This document shows, piece by piece, positions 37,779 through 47,605 of a stretch of 64,000 nucleotides of DNA. Location of the stretch: contig JBLNCN010000005.1 of the NCBI GenBank assembly GCA_050260675.1, forward strand, positions 109,347 through 173,346. Reading direction: 5' to 3'. How positions within the stretch are numbered: the first letter of the stretch is position 1; each line of letters starts with the position of its first letter. Position numbers and translations under genes: made by a program. Source of the stretch: Bacillota bacterium. Its GTDB lineage: Bacteria; Bacillota; Sulfobacillia; Fermentithermobacillales; Fermentithermobacillaceae. Under the pieces are notes generated by a model. That model saw only the letters and a program-made list of their open reading frames with translations, was not told where the DNA came from and did not search any database.

Positions 37779-40478
37779 TCACGGGCCTGATACCCCCTGC
37801 AGCTCGGAGAGCACCCGTCCCAGGTCCTCCACGGCTCTGCCGTAGCCGGCCCAGTCGCCGGCTTTCAGGAGGTTCTGGGCCAGATTCCACAAGCGGTTGG
37901 CCTCGGCGATGAGTTCGGCGGTGGTGGACGGCTGTGCCCCGGGAGGAGTCACCCCCGGGGTCTCGGGGACGCCTTCGCCGAACAGCTGCTGAAGGGCGTC
38001 GGCCGTAGAGGTCCCCATGACCACCCTGCCGTTATAGTACATGAGCACCCGCTTCAACTCGGGGATCTTCACCTGAGTCGCCTGCAGGTAGAGGGGCTCG
38101 ATATACAAGAGTGAGTCCTTGATCGGCAGCGTCAGGAGGTTGCCCCTGATGACCTGCGATCCAACCTGGCCCCACAACGTGATGTTCTGGGAGACCGTTG
38201 GGTTCTGGGTGATCAGCGACTCAACCTGCATTGGTCCAGGCACAAGTCTGTCCTTTGGGAACGTGTACAGGAGGAGCCTCCCGTACTCCCCGGGATCGCA
38301 CCTGGCGGCCAGCCAGGCCGTCATATTGGACTTGTCCCTGGGAGTGAAGGTCGTGAGAAGCACGTATTCGTGTCGATCGCCGCCGGGTATCTCCAGGACG
38401 GCGTAGTATGGCTGGACAGCTGCCTCCTTGTTCCCGTAGATCTCCAACGGCAGTTCCCAGTAGTCTTCTTTGTTGTAGTAAACGCTGGGATTGGTCATGT
38501 GGTAAGTGAGCAGCGTCCTGCTCTGCATCTTGAAGAGGTCTTCCGGGTACCGGATGTGGTCCCGGAGCGACTCCGGCATTTCCGCAATCGGCGTGAGCAG
38601 CTGCGGGAATATCTTGCCGTAGGTCTTGAGGATAGGATCCTCCGCGTCAGCCTCATAGAAGGTGGTATCGCCGTTGTAGGCGTCAACCACGACTTTCACC
38701 GAGTTGCGGATGTAGTTGAGGCCGGTCGCCGGGTCGGGTTGGCTGTAGGGATAGTTGGCAGAGACCGTGTAGGCGTCGATTATCCAGTACAGTCGGCCGT
38801 CGGCCAGCACAATGTAAGGATCCGAGTCGTACATGAAGAAAGGAGCGATTGTCCGAACCCTCTCCACGATGTTTCGCCGGAAAATCAGCCTTGCTTCCGG
38901 AGTCATGGCTCCGGACACAAGGATCTGGTAGTCCCTGAAGCGGAGCATGAAGGCCAGGCGGGCAAGGAAATTGCCCGCCGGAACACCCCCTGTGCCCTTG
39001 TAGAAGGTTGGGGCGATGTCTTCGCTTGCGGCCCGGGGATAGTCGAACTCGGGCTCCTTGGTGTTCACGATGATGTACTGGTCTGTGAGCTCTCCGAAGT
39101 ACAGCTCCGGCCTGTCCAGCCTGAGGTCAGTCGTGGTCTTGGGCGGTATGTCGGAGAACAGGTAAGCGGGCAGTCCCTCGGCTGAGATCTCGGAAGACGG
39201 GCTCATGACCACCCCGTAGCCGTGAGTGTATTTGAGGTGGAGGTTGATCCACGTCTTCGCCTCGGGCGGCAATGTGTTCACGTCCAGCTCCCTCGCCGAG
39301 ACCAGCGTCATCCTGTAATCTCCGTTCACCAGGTAGCGATCGACGTCCACATCGTTGAAACTGTAATAGGTCCGAATCTCCTGCACCTGGGTGTACGTAT
39401 CCTTCAGCACGCGGTAGTCCCACCAACGGAAGTTGCGGACCGTCCCCTCGCTTTCCGCCAGGTCTTCAGCCGTGAGGTTGTCGGCGGCCGGGAACTCGAC
39501 CGTCTCTATCTTGTCCAGGTTAAAGGCCTGGCGGGTGAACTTGATGTTGTGCTCGATGAAGGGCAGTTCGTAGGCCAGTTCGTTGGGGGACACCGTGAAC
39601 TGCTGCATGAAGGTCGGGTACGCGTATCCGACAACGATGCCCAGGACCACTAGCCCCACGGCTGATACTGCGATGTACCGGAAACTGCGGACGACCAGCC
39701 CCAGGAGAGAAAGCGCAGCGCCAAGGAGCGCCACGATTATCAGCAGCCTATATGCCGGGACTTGGGCGTGGATATCGGTATAGGAGGCCCCGAAGGCGAC
39801 GCCTCTCGGTGAATACATGAGGTTCCAGATGTCCAGCTGGTAACCCCACGCTCGCAGGGCGAAAAGCATCGATGCCACGATCGATAGATGCACTCTCGCC
39901 CGGCGGTCGACCACTATGCGGCGGGGAGCAAAGCGGAGGTCTCCGAGCAGGAAATAGGCCAGCGCGGAAACCAGAAGTGAGGTCAGAAGAGCGACCCACA
40001 GGTGCTGCTGTACCAAGCGATGGAACGGCAAGCCGAAAATGTAGAAGCTCACGTCCCTGCCGAAGAAAGGATCCGCGACGTTGAATGGGGTCTGGTTAAA
40101 GTATGCGAGTATCACGTGCCATTGGGTATAGGCGGCCAGGCCTCCAAGCAATCCGACCACGAGCGCCGGAAGTACGGCCCAGCGTTTCGCCCGGCGCGGA
40201 AGGGTGATGGGGATCGGCATGACGAGCCCCCCCACCAGAGTCACGTCCGTGCGCTTCCAGAGGATAGCCCACAAGTTGGTGAGGGTGATCGCGAAGAAGA
40301 CGAGTCCGCCCGCGATTCCGGCGGCTGCTCTGGCTGACAGGACCTTGGTGAAGACCGGCAGGAACCCAATTTGCTTAAACCACAGGATATCGGTGTAAAA
40401 GGTCGCGGCCCCCGTCGCAGTCAGTCCGATCACCACGGCAAGTCCAATCAGGACCCAGAGCCACCTCTGTCTCCCCAT
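37779..40478 (-). CDS. UPF0182 (COG1615) family membrane protein
   Basis: WF...F, DPFFGRDVSFYIF, E..FIEHNIKFTRQAFNL, YTHGYG, YFGE, DSDPY, NYIRNSVKVVVDAYNG, YPEDLF, LLYIEPLY; start at ATG 40478 after GGAGG. Confidence 0.93.
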   Translation of the reverse strand: MGRQRWLWVLIGLAVVIGLTATGAATFYTDILWFKQIGFLPVFTKVLSARAAAGIAGGLVFFAITLTNLWAILWKRTDVTLVGGLVMPIPITLPRRAKRWAVLPALVVGLLGGLAAYTQWHVILAYFNQTPFNVADPFFGRDVSFYIFGLPFHRLVQQHLWVALLTSLLVSALAYFLLGDLRFAPRRIVVDRRARVHLSIVASMLFALRAWGYQLDIWNLMYSPRGVAFGASYTDIHAQVPAYRLLIIVALLGAALSLLGLVVRSFRYIAVSAVGLVVLGIVVGYAYPTFMQQFTVSPNELAYELPFIEHNIKFTRQAFNLDKIETVEFPAADNLTAEDLAESEGTVRNFRWWDYRVLKDTYTQVQEIRTYYSFNDVDVDRYLVNGDYRMTLVSARELDVNTLPPEAKTWINLHLKYTHGYGVVMSPSSEISAEGLPAYLFSDIPPKTTTDLRLDRPELYFGELTDQYIIVNTKEPEFDYPRAASEDIAPTFYKGTGGVPAGNFLARLAFMLRFRDYQILVSGAMTPEARLIFRRNIVERVRTIAPFFMYDSDPYIVLADGRLYWIIDAYTVSANYPYSQPDPATGLNYIRNSVKVVVDAYNGDTTFYEADAEDPILKTYGKIFPQLLTPIAEMPESLRDHIRYPEDLFKMQSRTLLTYHMTNPSVYYNKEDYWELPLEIYGNKEAAVQPYYAVLEIPGGDRHEYVLLTTFTPRDKSNMTAWLAARCDPGEYGRLLLYTFPKDRLVPGPMQVESLITQNPTVSQNITLWGQVGSQVIRGNLLTLPIKDSLLYIEPLYLQATQVKIPELKRVLMYYNGRVVMGTSTADALQQLFGEGVPETPGVTPPGAQPSTTAELIAEANRLWNLAQNLLKAGDWAGYGRAVEDLGRVLSELQGVSGP

Positions 40479-40495
40479 CCGTAGAAACCTCCCCA

Positions 40496-40597
40496 CGTGT
40501 GTTGCCGTCTGTTACCAACCTACGACGCGCGTGCGTTGCCGTCTGTTACCAACCTACGACGCGGGCGTGCTATCGTCTGCTGCCAACCTACCACGCG
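40496..40597. repeat. 3 x 34-bp tandem repeat abutting the UPF0182 ribosome-binding site
   Basis: Units 40496-40529 and 40530-40563 differ by 1 nt; 40564-40597 is degenerate. Confidence 0.9.
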
Positions 40598-40690
40598 CCT
40601 GGGCGCTCGCCCAATTACTGGGAGTCTAACCCGCCTTTCCCGATGCTATCCCCAGGATGCTATCCCCAGGGAATTCTAGGCGCGCAGCGG

Positions 40691-41077
40691 TTATCCTGCG
40701 ATAGAAGGCAAACACAGGGTCCTGCCGAATGGGAGGGGCGTGCTCCCGGATAGCGCCTGCGAGATAAATCCCGCCACGAACTCCCCCACGATCGTCACGA
40801 AGAGATCGTTACCGCCAAACACGTCCACGAGGCTGGCTGCGATACCTGCGGCTGCGCCGCTCACCAGCGCTATCCAGACGTCCTCTGGAGTGAGGGGGTC
40901 CCCGCATGCGGCCGCGACTCCGATTTCGCCGGCGAGGCCTCCAATAGCCCCCAACAGGGCTGCTTCAAGAATGACTATCGGGTCGAAACCAGTGCCATCG
41001 TGAAGGACCGGCTCCGGGCTCCTCTTTGGGGTGATCGACACCGTGAAAGACTGGGTATCCATCTCTGGTTTTCGCAT
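40691..41077 (-). CDS. Small Gly/Ala-rich hydrophobic hypothetical protein
   Basis: ATG 41077 with AGAGG 8 nt upstream; AALLGAIGGLAGEIG and SGAAAGIAASL segments. Confidence 0.45.
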   Translation of the reverse strand: MRKPEMDTQSFTVSITPKRSPEPVLHDGTGFDPIVILEAALLGAIGGLAGEIGVAAACGDPLTPEDVWIALVSGAAAGIAASLVDVFGGNDLFVTIVGEFVAGFISQALSGSTPLPFGRTLCLPSIAG

Positions 41078-41174
41078 TTTCAACGCCTCTACATCGCTTC
41101 ATCGCCTCGTGAATCTCTACATAATATGAGGAAGGGCGGGCTTGCGCCCGCCCGAACGCTATCTATCCTGCTGA

Positions 41175-41249
41175 AGGTCACGCCTCCTGCCGGAGGTCAC
41201 GCTTCCTGCCGGAGGTCACGCCTCCTGCCGGAGGTCACCCTCCTGCCGA
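41175..41249. repeat. 4 x 19-bp tandem repeat (AGGTCACGCCTCCTGCCGG)
   Basis: Units at 41175, 41194, 41213, 41232. Confidence 0.9.
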
Positions 41250-41279
41250 AGGTGATGTCTTGACCTCACTGACCTCCGC

Positions 41280-42962
41280 CTATTTGATCATGGGCATCTT
41301 GAGCCCGTGCCTCTTCCCTGTCTCCACAGCATCTTCGTACCCGGCGTCGGCGTGTCTTGCCACTCCCATGCCAGGGTCGGTGTTGAGGACCCGTGTGAGC
41401 CTCCACTCCGCCTCTTCTGTTCCGTCGGCCACGACCACCATTCCGGCGTGGATCGAGAGCCCGATCCCCACTCCTCCACCGTGGTGGACCGATACCCAAG
41501 TCGCTCCCGAAACGGCGTTGACCAGGGCGTTGAGGATCGGCCAGTCGGCGATGGCGTCGGAGCCGTCCTTCATTCCCTCAGTCTCCCTGTAGGGGGATGC
41601 TACCGAGCCGGTGTCCAGGTGGTCCCTCCCAATGACGATGGGGCCCTTGAGCAGCCCGTCACGTACCATCTTGTTGATATGGAGGCCGAACCTCTGCCTC
41701 TCGCCCAGCCCCAGCCAGCAGACTCGGGACGGTAGGCCCTGCCACTTCACGTGCTTTTCAGCCTTTTCGATCCACCTGGCCAGGGACCTGTTCTCGGGGA
41801 ACAGCTCTAGAACGGCCTTGTCGGTGGCGAGGATGTCGGCGGGGTCACCGGAAAGGGCGGCCCACCTGAATGGTCCTCTCCCCTGGCAGAACAGCGGTCG
41901 GATGTAGGCGGGCACGAATCCAGGGTACGCGAACGCCTCGCCAAAGCCGGCTGCCTTGGCCTGGCCTCTTAGGTTGTTGCCGTAGTCAAACACAATCGAT
42001 CCGCGGCGCTTCATCTCTACCATGGTCTCGCAGTGCCGCCTCATGGATTGCATCGAAAGACTGACGTACTTCTCAGGATCCTGGGACCTTAGCGCCAGCG
42101 CCTGTTCATAGGTCATCCCGCCGGGGACGTACCCGTTCAGCGCGTCGTGGGCCGAGGTCTGGTCCGTGACTACGTCAGGCACGATCCCCATCTTGAGAAG
42201 TTCCGGATGAGTCTCGCTGGCATTGCCCAGCACCGCTATGGATAGGGGTCTCTTCGCCGAAGATGCTTCTTTGGCCATCCTGACAGCGTCGCCCAGGTCT
42301 TTTGCTACTACATCCACGTACCCCGTGTCCAGCCTGCGTTGAATGCGCCCGGGGTCGACCTCCACCACAATCGCGACACCGTCGTTCATGGTTACCGCGA
42401 GCGGCTGGGCTCCGCCCATCCCTCCGAGACCGGCGGTCAGCACAAGCCTGCCCGCCAGGCTGCCCCCGAACTCGATATCAGCCAGTGAGGCCAGGGTCTC
42501 GTACGTGCCCTGGAGGATGCCCTGAGTTCCTATGTAGATCCAGCTGCCGGCCGTCATCTGGCCGTACATGGTGAGTCCTTTGCCTTCCAGCTCCCAGAAA
42601 TCCTCCCAGGTACCCCACTTGGGTACGAGCATCGCGTTGGAGATGAGGACCCGCGGCGCCAAGCGGTGGGTCGGGAATACGGCTACAGGCTTTCCGGACT
42701 GCACCAGCAGCGTCTCTTCGTCGCCCAGGTCTTTCAGCGCGGCGACGATTGCGTCGTAGCACTCCCAGTTACGCGCGGCTTTGCCCGTCCCGCCGTATAT
42801 GATGAGTTCCTCAGGCTTCTCCGCCACCTCGAGGTTGTTCATGAGCATGCGGAGCGCCGCTTCCTGTTGCCATCCTTTGCATGACAGCTGCGGCCCTCTA
42901 GGGGCTTTCACGTCTCTGGCCAAGGAAGATGACCTCGCTTTCGTGGTAGATAATGGCGTCAT
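41280..42962 (-). CDS. hutU: Urocanate hydratase
   Basis: [72 protein letters not shown]. Confidence 0.97.
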   Translation of the reverse strand: MTPLSTTKARSSSLARDVKAPRGPQLSCKGWQQEAALRMLMNNLEVAEKPEELIIYGGTGKAARNWECYDAIVAALKDLGDEETLLVQSGKPVAVFPTHRLAPRVLISNAMLVPKWGTWEDFWELEGKGLTMYGQMTAGSWIYIGTQGILQGTYETLASLADIEFGGSLAGRLVLTAGLGGMGGAQPLAVTMNDGVAIVVEVDPGRIQRRLDTGYVDVVAKDLGDAVRMAKEASSAKRPLSIAVLGNASETHPELLKMGIVPDVVTDQTSAHDALNGYVPGGMTYEQALALRSQDPEKYVSLSMQSMRRHCETMVEMKRRGSIVFDYGNNLRGQAKAAGFGEAFAYPGFVPAYIRPLFCQGRGPFRWAALSGDPADILATDKAVLELFPENRSLARWIEKAEKHVKWQGLPSRVCWLGLGERQRFGLHINKMVRDGLLKGPIVIGRDHLDTGSVASPYRETEGMKDGSDAIADWPILNALVNAVSGATWVSVHHGGGVGIGLSIHAGMVVVADGTEEAEWRLTRVLNTDPGMGVARHADAGYEDAVETGKRHGLKMPMIK

Positions 42963-43744
42963 AGAGCTTTCTCTACGATTTCCCTGACTCCTTCAGCGAA
43001 TGACCGCTCAGCGACTTCCTGGACGACTGCAGCGACCTGGGGATGGGCGTTGGCCACGCACGCGCTGCGGCCCGCCCATGCTAGCATGTCCAGGTCATTG
43101 AGGCTGTCACCGATGGCAAGCACGTCCTCCCTTGCCACCTTGAGTTCCCGTGACAGCGCCTCAAGAGCCGAGGCTTTCGAGACTCCCGGAGCCTGAATCT
43201 CAATGAGGTGCGGGAGGCTCAGGAGCACGGACACCGACGGCCCGAACTCAGCCCGGAAGGCCTCCACATACGAGTGGGCTTTCTCCGGCGCGACACGCAC
43301 CACCACCTGGGTGGGCGCGATCCCCCCGTCATCCAAACACGAGACGACAGCGATGTCGTAGGAGATGTATCCCCTGTACTGCTCCGTTTCCGGGCCGGTC
43401 CACTCGGTGAACATTTCTTTCCCGGCAATGAAATAGAACGGCAGGCCTAGTTCACGCAGGCGGAAAGCGATGGAGCAGGCTTTTTCGGGGTCTATGGACT
43501 TTTGCATCAGGGGTTCCTTGCCGAGCGACCCGACCATAGCCCCTCCGTTGGTGATGACCGGGCCGGTGATTCCCAAGCAATCGAGATACCGCTCAACAGA
43601 GCCGAATACCCTGCCGGTGGCGATGGTAAATGCGCAGTCCTTACTCTTGCAGTAGTCCACGACTTGCCTTGCGGTTTCGACCCCAAAGCCGCCGGGGCCG
43701 ATGAGCGTGCCGTCGAGATCGCACGCAACCAGTCTCACAGTCAC
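42959..43744 (-). CDS. Cof-type HAD hydrolase (subfamily IIB)
   Basis: [33 protein letters not shown]. Confidence 0.92.
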   Translation of the reverse strand: MTVRLVACDLDGTLIGPGGFGVETARQVVDYCKSKDCAFTIATGRVFGSVERYLDCLGITGPVITNGGAMVGSLGKEPLMQKSIDPEKACSIAFRLRELGLPFYFIAGKEMFTEWTGPETEQYRGYISYDIAVVSCLDDGGIAPTQVVVRVAPEKAHSYVEAFRAEFGPSVSVLLSLPHLIEIQAPGVSKASALEALSRELKVAREDVLAIGDSLNDLDMLAWAGRSACVANAHPQVAAVVQEVAERSFAEGVREIVEKAL

Positions 43745-43755
43745 GGTATCACCCT

Positions 43756-44217
43756 TCAGCGAAGCAGGTTCAGTATCTTGGGGCCGAGCCGTTCCACCGT
43801 CTCCTGCATCGCCAGCGCAGTAGCCGCTACCTGAGCATACCGGGCAGCGTCGTTGCCCGCATTGGGGTAGGCGGCGCCAGAGTCTCGCGCATTACCGGGA
43901 GAGGAGGCGTCAAGGTCGCGGTGCGCCCGGTACCAAACCGTGTCCCCGTCCAGTTGGAAGACCCCGGGCCCCTTGCCGGAGGCGTTCCGGTCGTCCAAGT
44001 ACTGAGTGAGGCGCTCCGTCACCGGCCGCTCGGGCCCCAAGCGCACCACCGGGATACTGAGTAGAATGCGGTCGCCGGACCGGGCTACGTGCACTTCGCA
44101 GTGGCCTCTCACTGCCCGAAAAGCTACCTCGGGTCCTCCACCGGACCGTGACCTGGGGAGCAACGTGAAGCCGGAGTCGCGCAGAACGCGGCCAAGGTCT
44201 TCAGCCCAGTCTCTCAC
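43756..44217 (-). CDS. Hypothetical protein (possible YbjN/T3SS-chaperone-like fold)
   Basis: GTG after AGGAG; pattern ...ILLSIPV...YLDDRN...GVFQLDGDTVWYR loosely resembles YbjN-like proteins. Confidence 0.55.
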   Translation of the reverse strand: MRDWAEDLGRVLRDSGFTLLPRSRSGGGPEVAFRAVRGHCEVHVARSGDRILLSIPVVRLGPERPVTERLTQYLDDRNASGKGPGVFQLDGDTVWYRAHRDLDASSPGNARDSGAAYPNAGNDAARYAQVAATALAMQETVERLGPKILNLLR

Positions 44218-44268
44218 TGTCTCACTCTCCTGTCTTCGGCTATACTTTAGGACGTCGAGGTGGAGCCA

Positions 44269-46170
44269 ATGGACGGCATTACGCTTAGTGTTATACGGTG
44301 TGAACTCGTGGGATACCTCCCTCTCAAGGTTCAGAAAGTCCAGCAGCCGAAGAAGAAGGAGCTGGTCTTGACCGTATGGAGCCCGTCAGTGCGCGAGCGG
44401 CTCGTGCTCTCCCTCGAGGGACAGGAACCCTTCTTTGGATTCTCAGATGAGAAGAAGGAGAACCCCGCAGTTCCGCCAGGGTTTTGTCTCGGCCTGCGAA
44501 AGCGCCTGGAGGGCGGGACCCTGGCGTCCGTCCGTCAAGTGGGGCTTGACAGGGTAATTTGCCTGGACTTCGACGGCCACGATGACTTCGGCAACGCGAA
44601 GAGATACGTCCTGGTGTTCGACATGGCGGGGCGAGAGCAGAACATAGGCCTCTACGAGGACGACCTTCTCGTCGCCAGCATGATACCGTCTGATGAGGGG
44701 CGGTTTGAACACCGCAGTCCATACAAGCCGCCGGCGTCGGAGCGGCTGGATATCCGCGGTTTTGCCGAACCCGATGGCGAGAAGCGCCTTTCAGCCCTGC
44801 TTGCCCAAAGGGAAGGCACAGCAAGCCGTGTGTTGAGCGACTTGGTGGAGGGCGCGGGCAAGGACTTCGTGAAGGGCATCCTGGCCGCAGCCTCTGTGGG
44901 TGAGGCCGACTCCATTTCTCCCGTCTCAGCGGAGAGGCTCGCTACGGTCTTGGCCGGGATCGGAAGAGCCTTGGCGGGCGCGGGGGAACACTCAGACCAC
45001 GATGCGTACGCCGGCGAGCACTCGGGAGTTAATGCCTGCTCTGCCGGACACTCAGGTCAGGATACCTCCTCCGGTGAACCTGGCTGCACCTGTTCCGCAG
45101 CGTGCTTCCCCATTTGCCCGACCATCTATACATCCGCAAAGGGCCTGGTTCTGCACGCATTTCCGCTTCCACACCTGGAAGTCGATAGCCGCTACGACTC
45201 GATCCTGGAGGCCGCAAGGGCCTACCGCGAGAGGGTTATCGAGGCCGGCGAGTTTCGCTCCCTCCTCGCCCAGGCGGATGCGCTGCATCGCAAGCTGCTG
45301 AGGAAAGTCCAGTCCAGATATGAAGCCCAGACAGGCGATCTCTCCAGGTCCCAGGACTACGAAAAGTACAGGATCTGGGCGAGGTTGATTGATGAGTCCG
45401 GAAAGAGGAACCCGCCCGGCGCCACTGAGATGGTCGTGGTGGACTATTACGCCGACCCTCCTGCCGAGGTGACTGTCCCCCTGGATCCCAAGCGCTCGTC
45501 GAATGACAACGCAAGAGCCTACTACCGGACCTACGCGAAACTCGCCAGGGCCGAGAAGGCTTTGCAGGAATCGCTGGCTGCCCTCGCCCGCGACCAGAAG
45601 GCGCTGGCCGAACTGCGGGACGCGCTGGATCGCTGCGTAGACGCCCAAAGTGTAGCTGTCGTATTGCAGCGGCTAGAAGCTTTGGCAAGGCGCGAGGGGA
45701 TTGCGGTTAAGGCGGGCAAGCGCTCACCCAAAGGGTCCCACGCCACCTCTCGGACGGGTGCGGGGGGTTCGTCGGGGGGATCGGCCGATGGTGGCAGCGA
45801 GGGAGTCCGCGTGCGGGTGGTGGAAGGCCCCGATGGAGCCATATTCCTCGTTGGCGGGAGCGCTAAACAGAACGATGAGCTGGTGACACGACTGCGCATG
45901 CCCGGCGACACCTGGCTTCACGCCAAAGGAGTTAAGGGGGCCCATGTCCTAGCCAGACCCGCCCCAGGTCAGGCGTTGTCCGATGAAGCGCTCCTGGCTG
46001 CAGCCCGTTTGGCTGCGCAGAAGTCGGAAGCAAAGGACTCACTCAAGGCCGAGGTTGACTACGTGGATGCCATGAAAGTAAGAAAACCCCGCGGCAGCGC
46101 CCCAGGCTTTGTGACCTATACAGGGCAGAAGTCATTGATGGTAGAACTCGCTGACCATAGACCTCACTGA
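44269..46170 (+). CDS. rqcH: Ribosome quality-control factor RqcH/Rqc2 (NFACT/FbpA family)
   Basis: MDG start, PPGFCLGLRKRLEG, GLDRVI, LDPKRSSNDNARAYYRTYAKL, QNDEL, WLHAKGVKGAHV, EVDYV...VRKPRGSAPGFVTY. Confidence 0.88.
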   Translation: MDGITLSVIRCELVGYLPLKVQKVQQPKKKELVLTVWSPSVRERLVLSLEGQEPFFGFSDEKKENPAVPPGFCLGLRKRLEGGTLASVRQVGLDRVICLDFDGHDDFGNAKRYVLVFDMAGREQNIGLYEDDLLVASMIPSDEGRFEHRSPYKPPASERLDIRGFAEPDGEKRLSALLAQREGTASRVLSDLVEGAGKDFVKGILAAASVGEADSISPVSAERLATVLAGIGRALAGAGEHSDHDAYAGEHSGVNACSAGHSGQDTSSGEPGCTCSAACFPICPTIYTSAKGLVLHAFPLPHLEVDSRYDSILEAARAYRERVIEAGEFRSLLAQADALHRKLLRKVQSRYEAQTGDLSRSQDYEKYRIWARLIDESGKRNPPGATEMVVVDYYADPPAEVTVPLDPKRSSNDNARAYYRTYAKLARAEKALQESLAALARDQKALAELRDALDRCVDAQSVAVVLQRLEALARREGIAVKAGKRSPKGSHATSRTGAGGSSGGSADGGSEGVRVRVVEGPDGAIFLVGGSAKQNDELVTRLRMPGDTWLHAKGVKGAHVLARPAPGQALSDEALLAAARLAAQKSEAKDSLKAEVDYVDAMKVRKPRGSAPGFVTYTGQKSLMVELADHRPH

Positions 46171-46390
46171 TGGTCGACCTACAGTAGGCTCGCCATGGCA
46201 TCTGCGCCCGACCGCACTTTGGACATCGGTCATGTTGTGACTGCTTTTTCCCTGAGGCCTGGAGTCCGCCGCGGAGAGCCCAAAGATCCCTTCATCCGAT
46301 GACCGTTGCCCATTCGTAAAGGTCCCGGCGTGCCTGTTGGATTAGTCTGACAGGCATCCCCGGATCCATAAGATCCGCCGTGATCACCGG

Positions 46391-46576
46391 ATGACTAATA
46401 CGGCTCTTTCTATTAGTCGCCAAAAGACCAATAGGCAAAAAAGTGTGGTCGCCGGAGGACCACATCTTGGACATTGATCACGTGGCGACCACACTTTTCG
46501 ACATATAACTCGCGGGATGACTAGTCGGAGACTTTGTATCAATCACGCCGTGACCCCCGCGAAATCAACTGGTCAC
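46391..46576. repeat. Degenerate palindromic array (about 32-bp period) between convergent rqcH and pyrD
   Basis: GAC(C/T) cores at 46393, 46426, 46458, 46487, 46519, 46552, several paired with a downstream RGTC arm; includes a 15-bp perfect IR AAAAGTGTGGTCGCC/GGCGACCACACTTTT. Confidence 0.6.
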
Positions 46577-46687
46577 GTTGTGCCTGAAAGGGATCCTCTA
46601 TTGGTTGCCTGACGACCTACGCAGACAGTTGCTCGGCATCTGCAGACTCGCCTGGCGGCTGTCCCCTTGGACGGACACCTTGGCTAC

Positions 46688-47605
46688 CTACTTCCACGAC
46701 GCTCCCACGAGCTCTTGAGGGTTGATGATACCTTCCTGCTCGCAATAGCGCCGGAGATCCTCCACGATACGGGCCGGAGCCAGCGGATCCACCAGGAGCC
46801 CCGAGCCCATCGCGACCGCATTGGCGCCGGCCAACATGAGCTCGACTACATCCTGGGCTGATGTGACGCCTCCCATGCCGATAATCGGCACTTGCACAGC
46901 CTGAGAGACTTGATAGATGCAGCGGACGGCAACCGGCTTGATGGCCGGGCCGCACAGCCCCCCCGTCACGTTTCCCAGCACAGGGCGCCGGGTCTTGAGA
47001 TCGATTACTACGCCCACCAGGGTGTTGATGAGGGATAGCGCCGTTGCCCCGCCCTCCACCGCAGCCCGAGCGATTGACACTATGTCGGGGGCGTTAGGAC
47101 TGAGTTTCACGATGAGAGGCCCGCTCCACTTGCTGCGGACGGCTCTCGCGGCCCGGTAGCATGAGCGGGGATCCATTCCGAAGGCCATGCCGCCCGCTGC
47201 TACATTGGGGCACGAAACGTTTACCTCTAGCGCCGCTACGCCGTCTAATCCTTCGAACGTTGCGGCTAGAGCCGCGAACTCGTCGTAGGAGTCTCCCGAG
47301 ATATTCACGAGGATCGGCACTCCAAATTGCTTCAGCCAGGGGATCTTCTCCCTGGCCACCACCTCGGCTCCCGGGTTCTCGAGCCCAATGGAGTTCAGCA
47401 TTCCGGCCGGGGTTTCGCACACCCGGGGCGGCTTATTGCCAGCCCTCGGGTGGAGCGTCGTCCCCTTGACGGTGACGGCCCCGAAAGCTCCGATGTCGGC
47501 AACCTTTGCGTACTCCTCGCCGTACCCGAAGACGCCGGAAGCCGCGACAAGCGGATTCGACATGCGGATGCCTGCAAAATCAAGTGAGAGGTCCACTATG
47601 CTCAT
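46688..47605 (-). CDS. pyrD: Dihydroorotate dehydrogenase B, catalytic subunit
   Basis: AASGVFG, KGTT, NSIGLENPG, NVSCPN, VKLSPN, INT, GGLCGPAIKP, IIGMGGV. Confidence 0.95.
   Translation of the reverse strand: MSIVDLSLDFAGIRMSNPLVAASGVFGYGEEYAKVADIGAFGAVTVKGTTLHPRAGNKPPRVCETPAGMLNSIGLENPGAEVVAREKIPWLKQFGVPILVNISGDSYDEFAALAATFEGLDGVAALEVNVSCPNVAAGGMAFGMDPRSCYRAARAVRSKWSGPLIVKLSPNAPDIVSIARAAVEGGATALSLINTLVGVVIDLKTRRPVLGNVTGGLCGPAIKPVAVRCIYQVSQAVQVPIIGMGGVTSAQDVVELMLAGANAVAMGSGLLVDPLAPARIVEDLRRYCEQEGIINPQELVGASWK

Noticed and set aside
46292-46474. 60-aa ORF in the rqcH-pyrD spacer
   Set aside because: It has no SD or recognisable motif and lies within the palindromic array.
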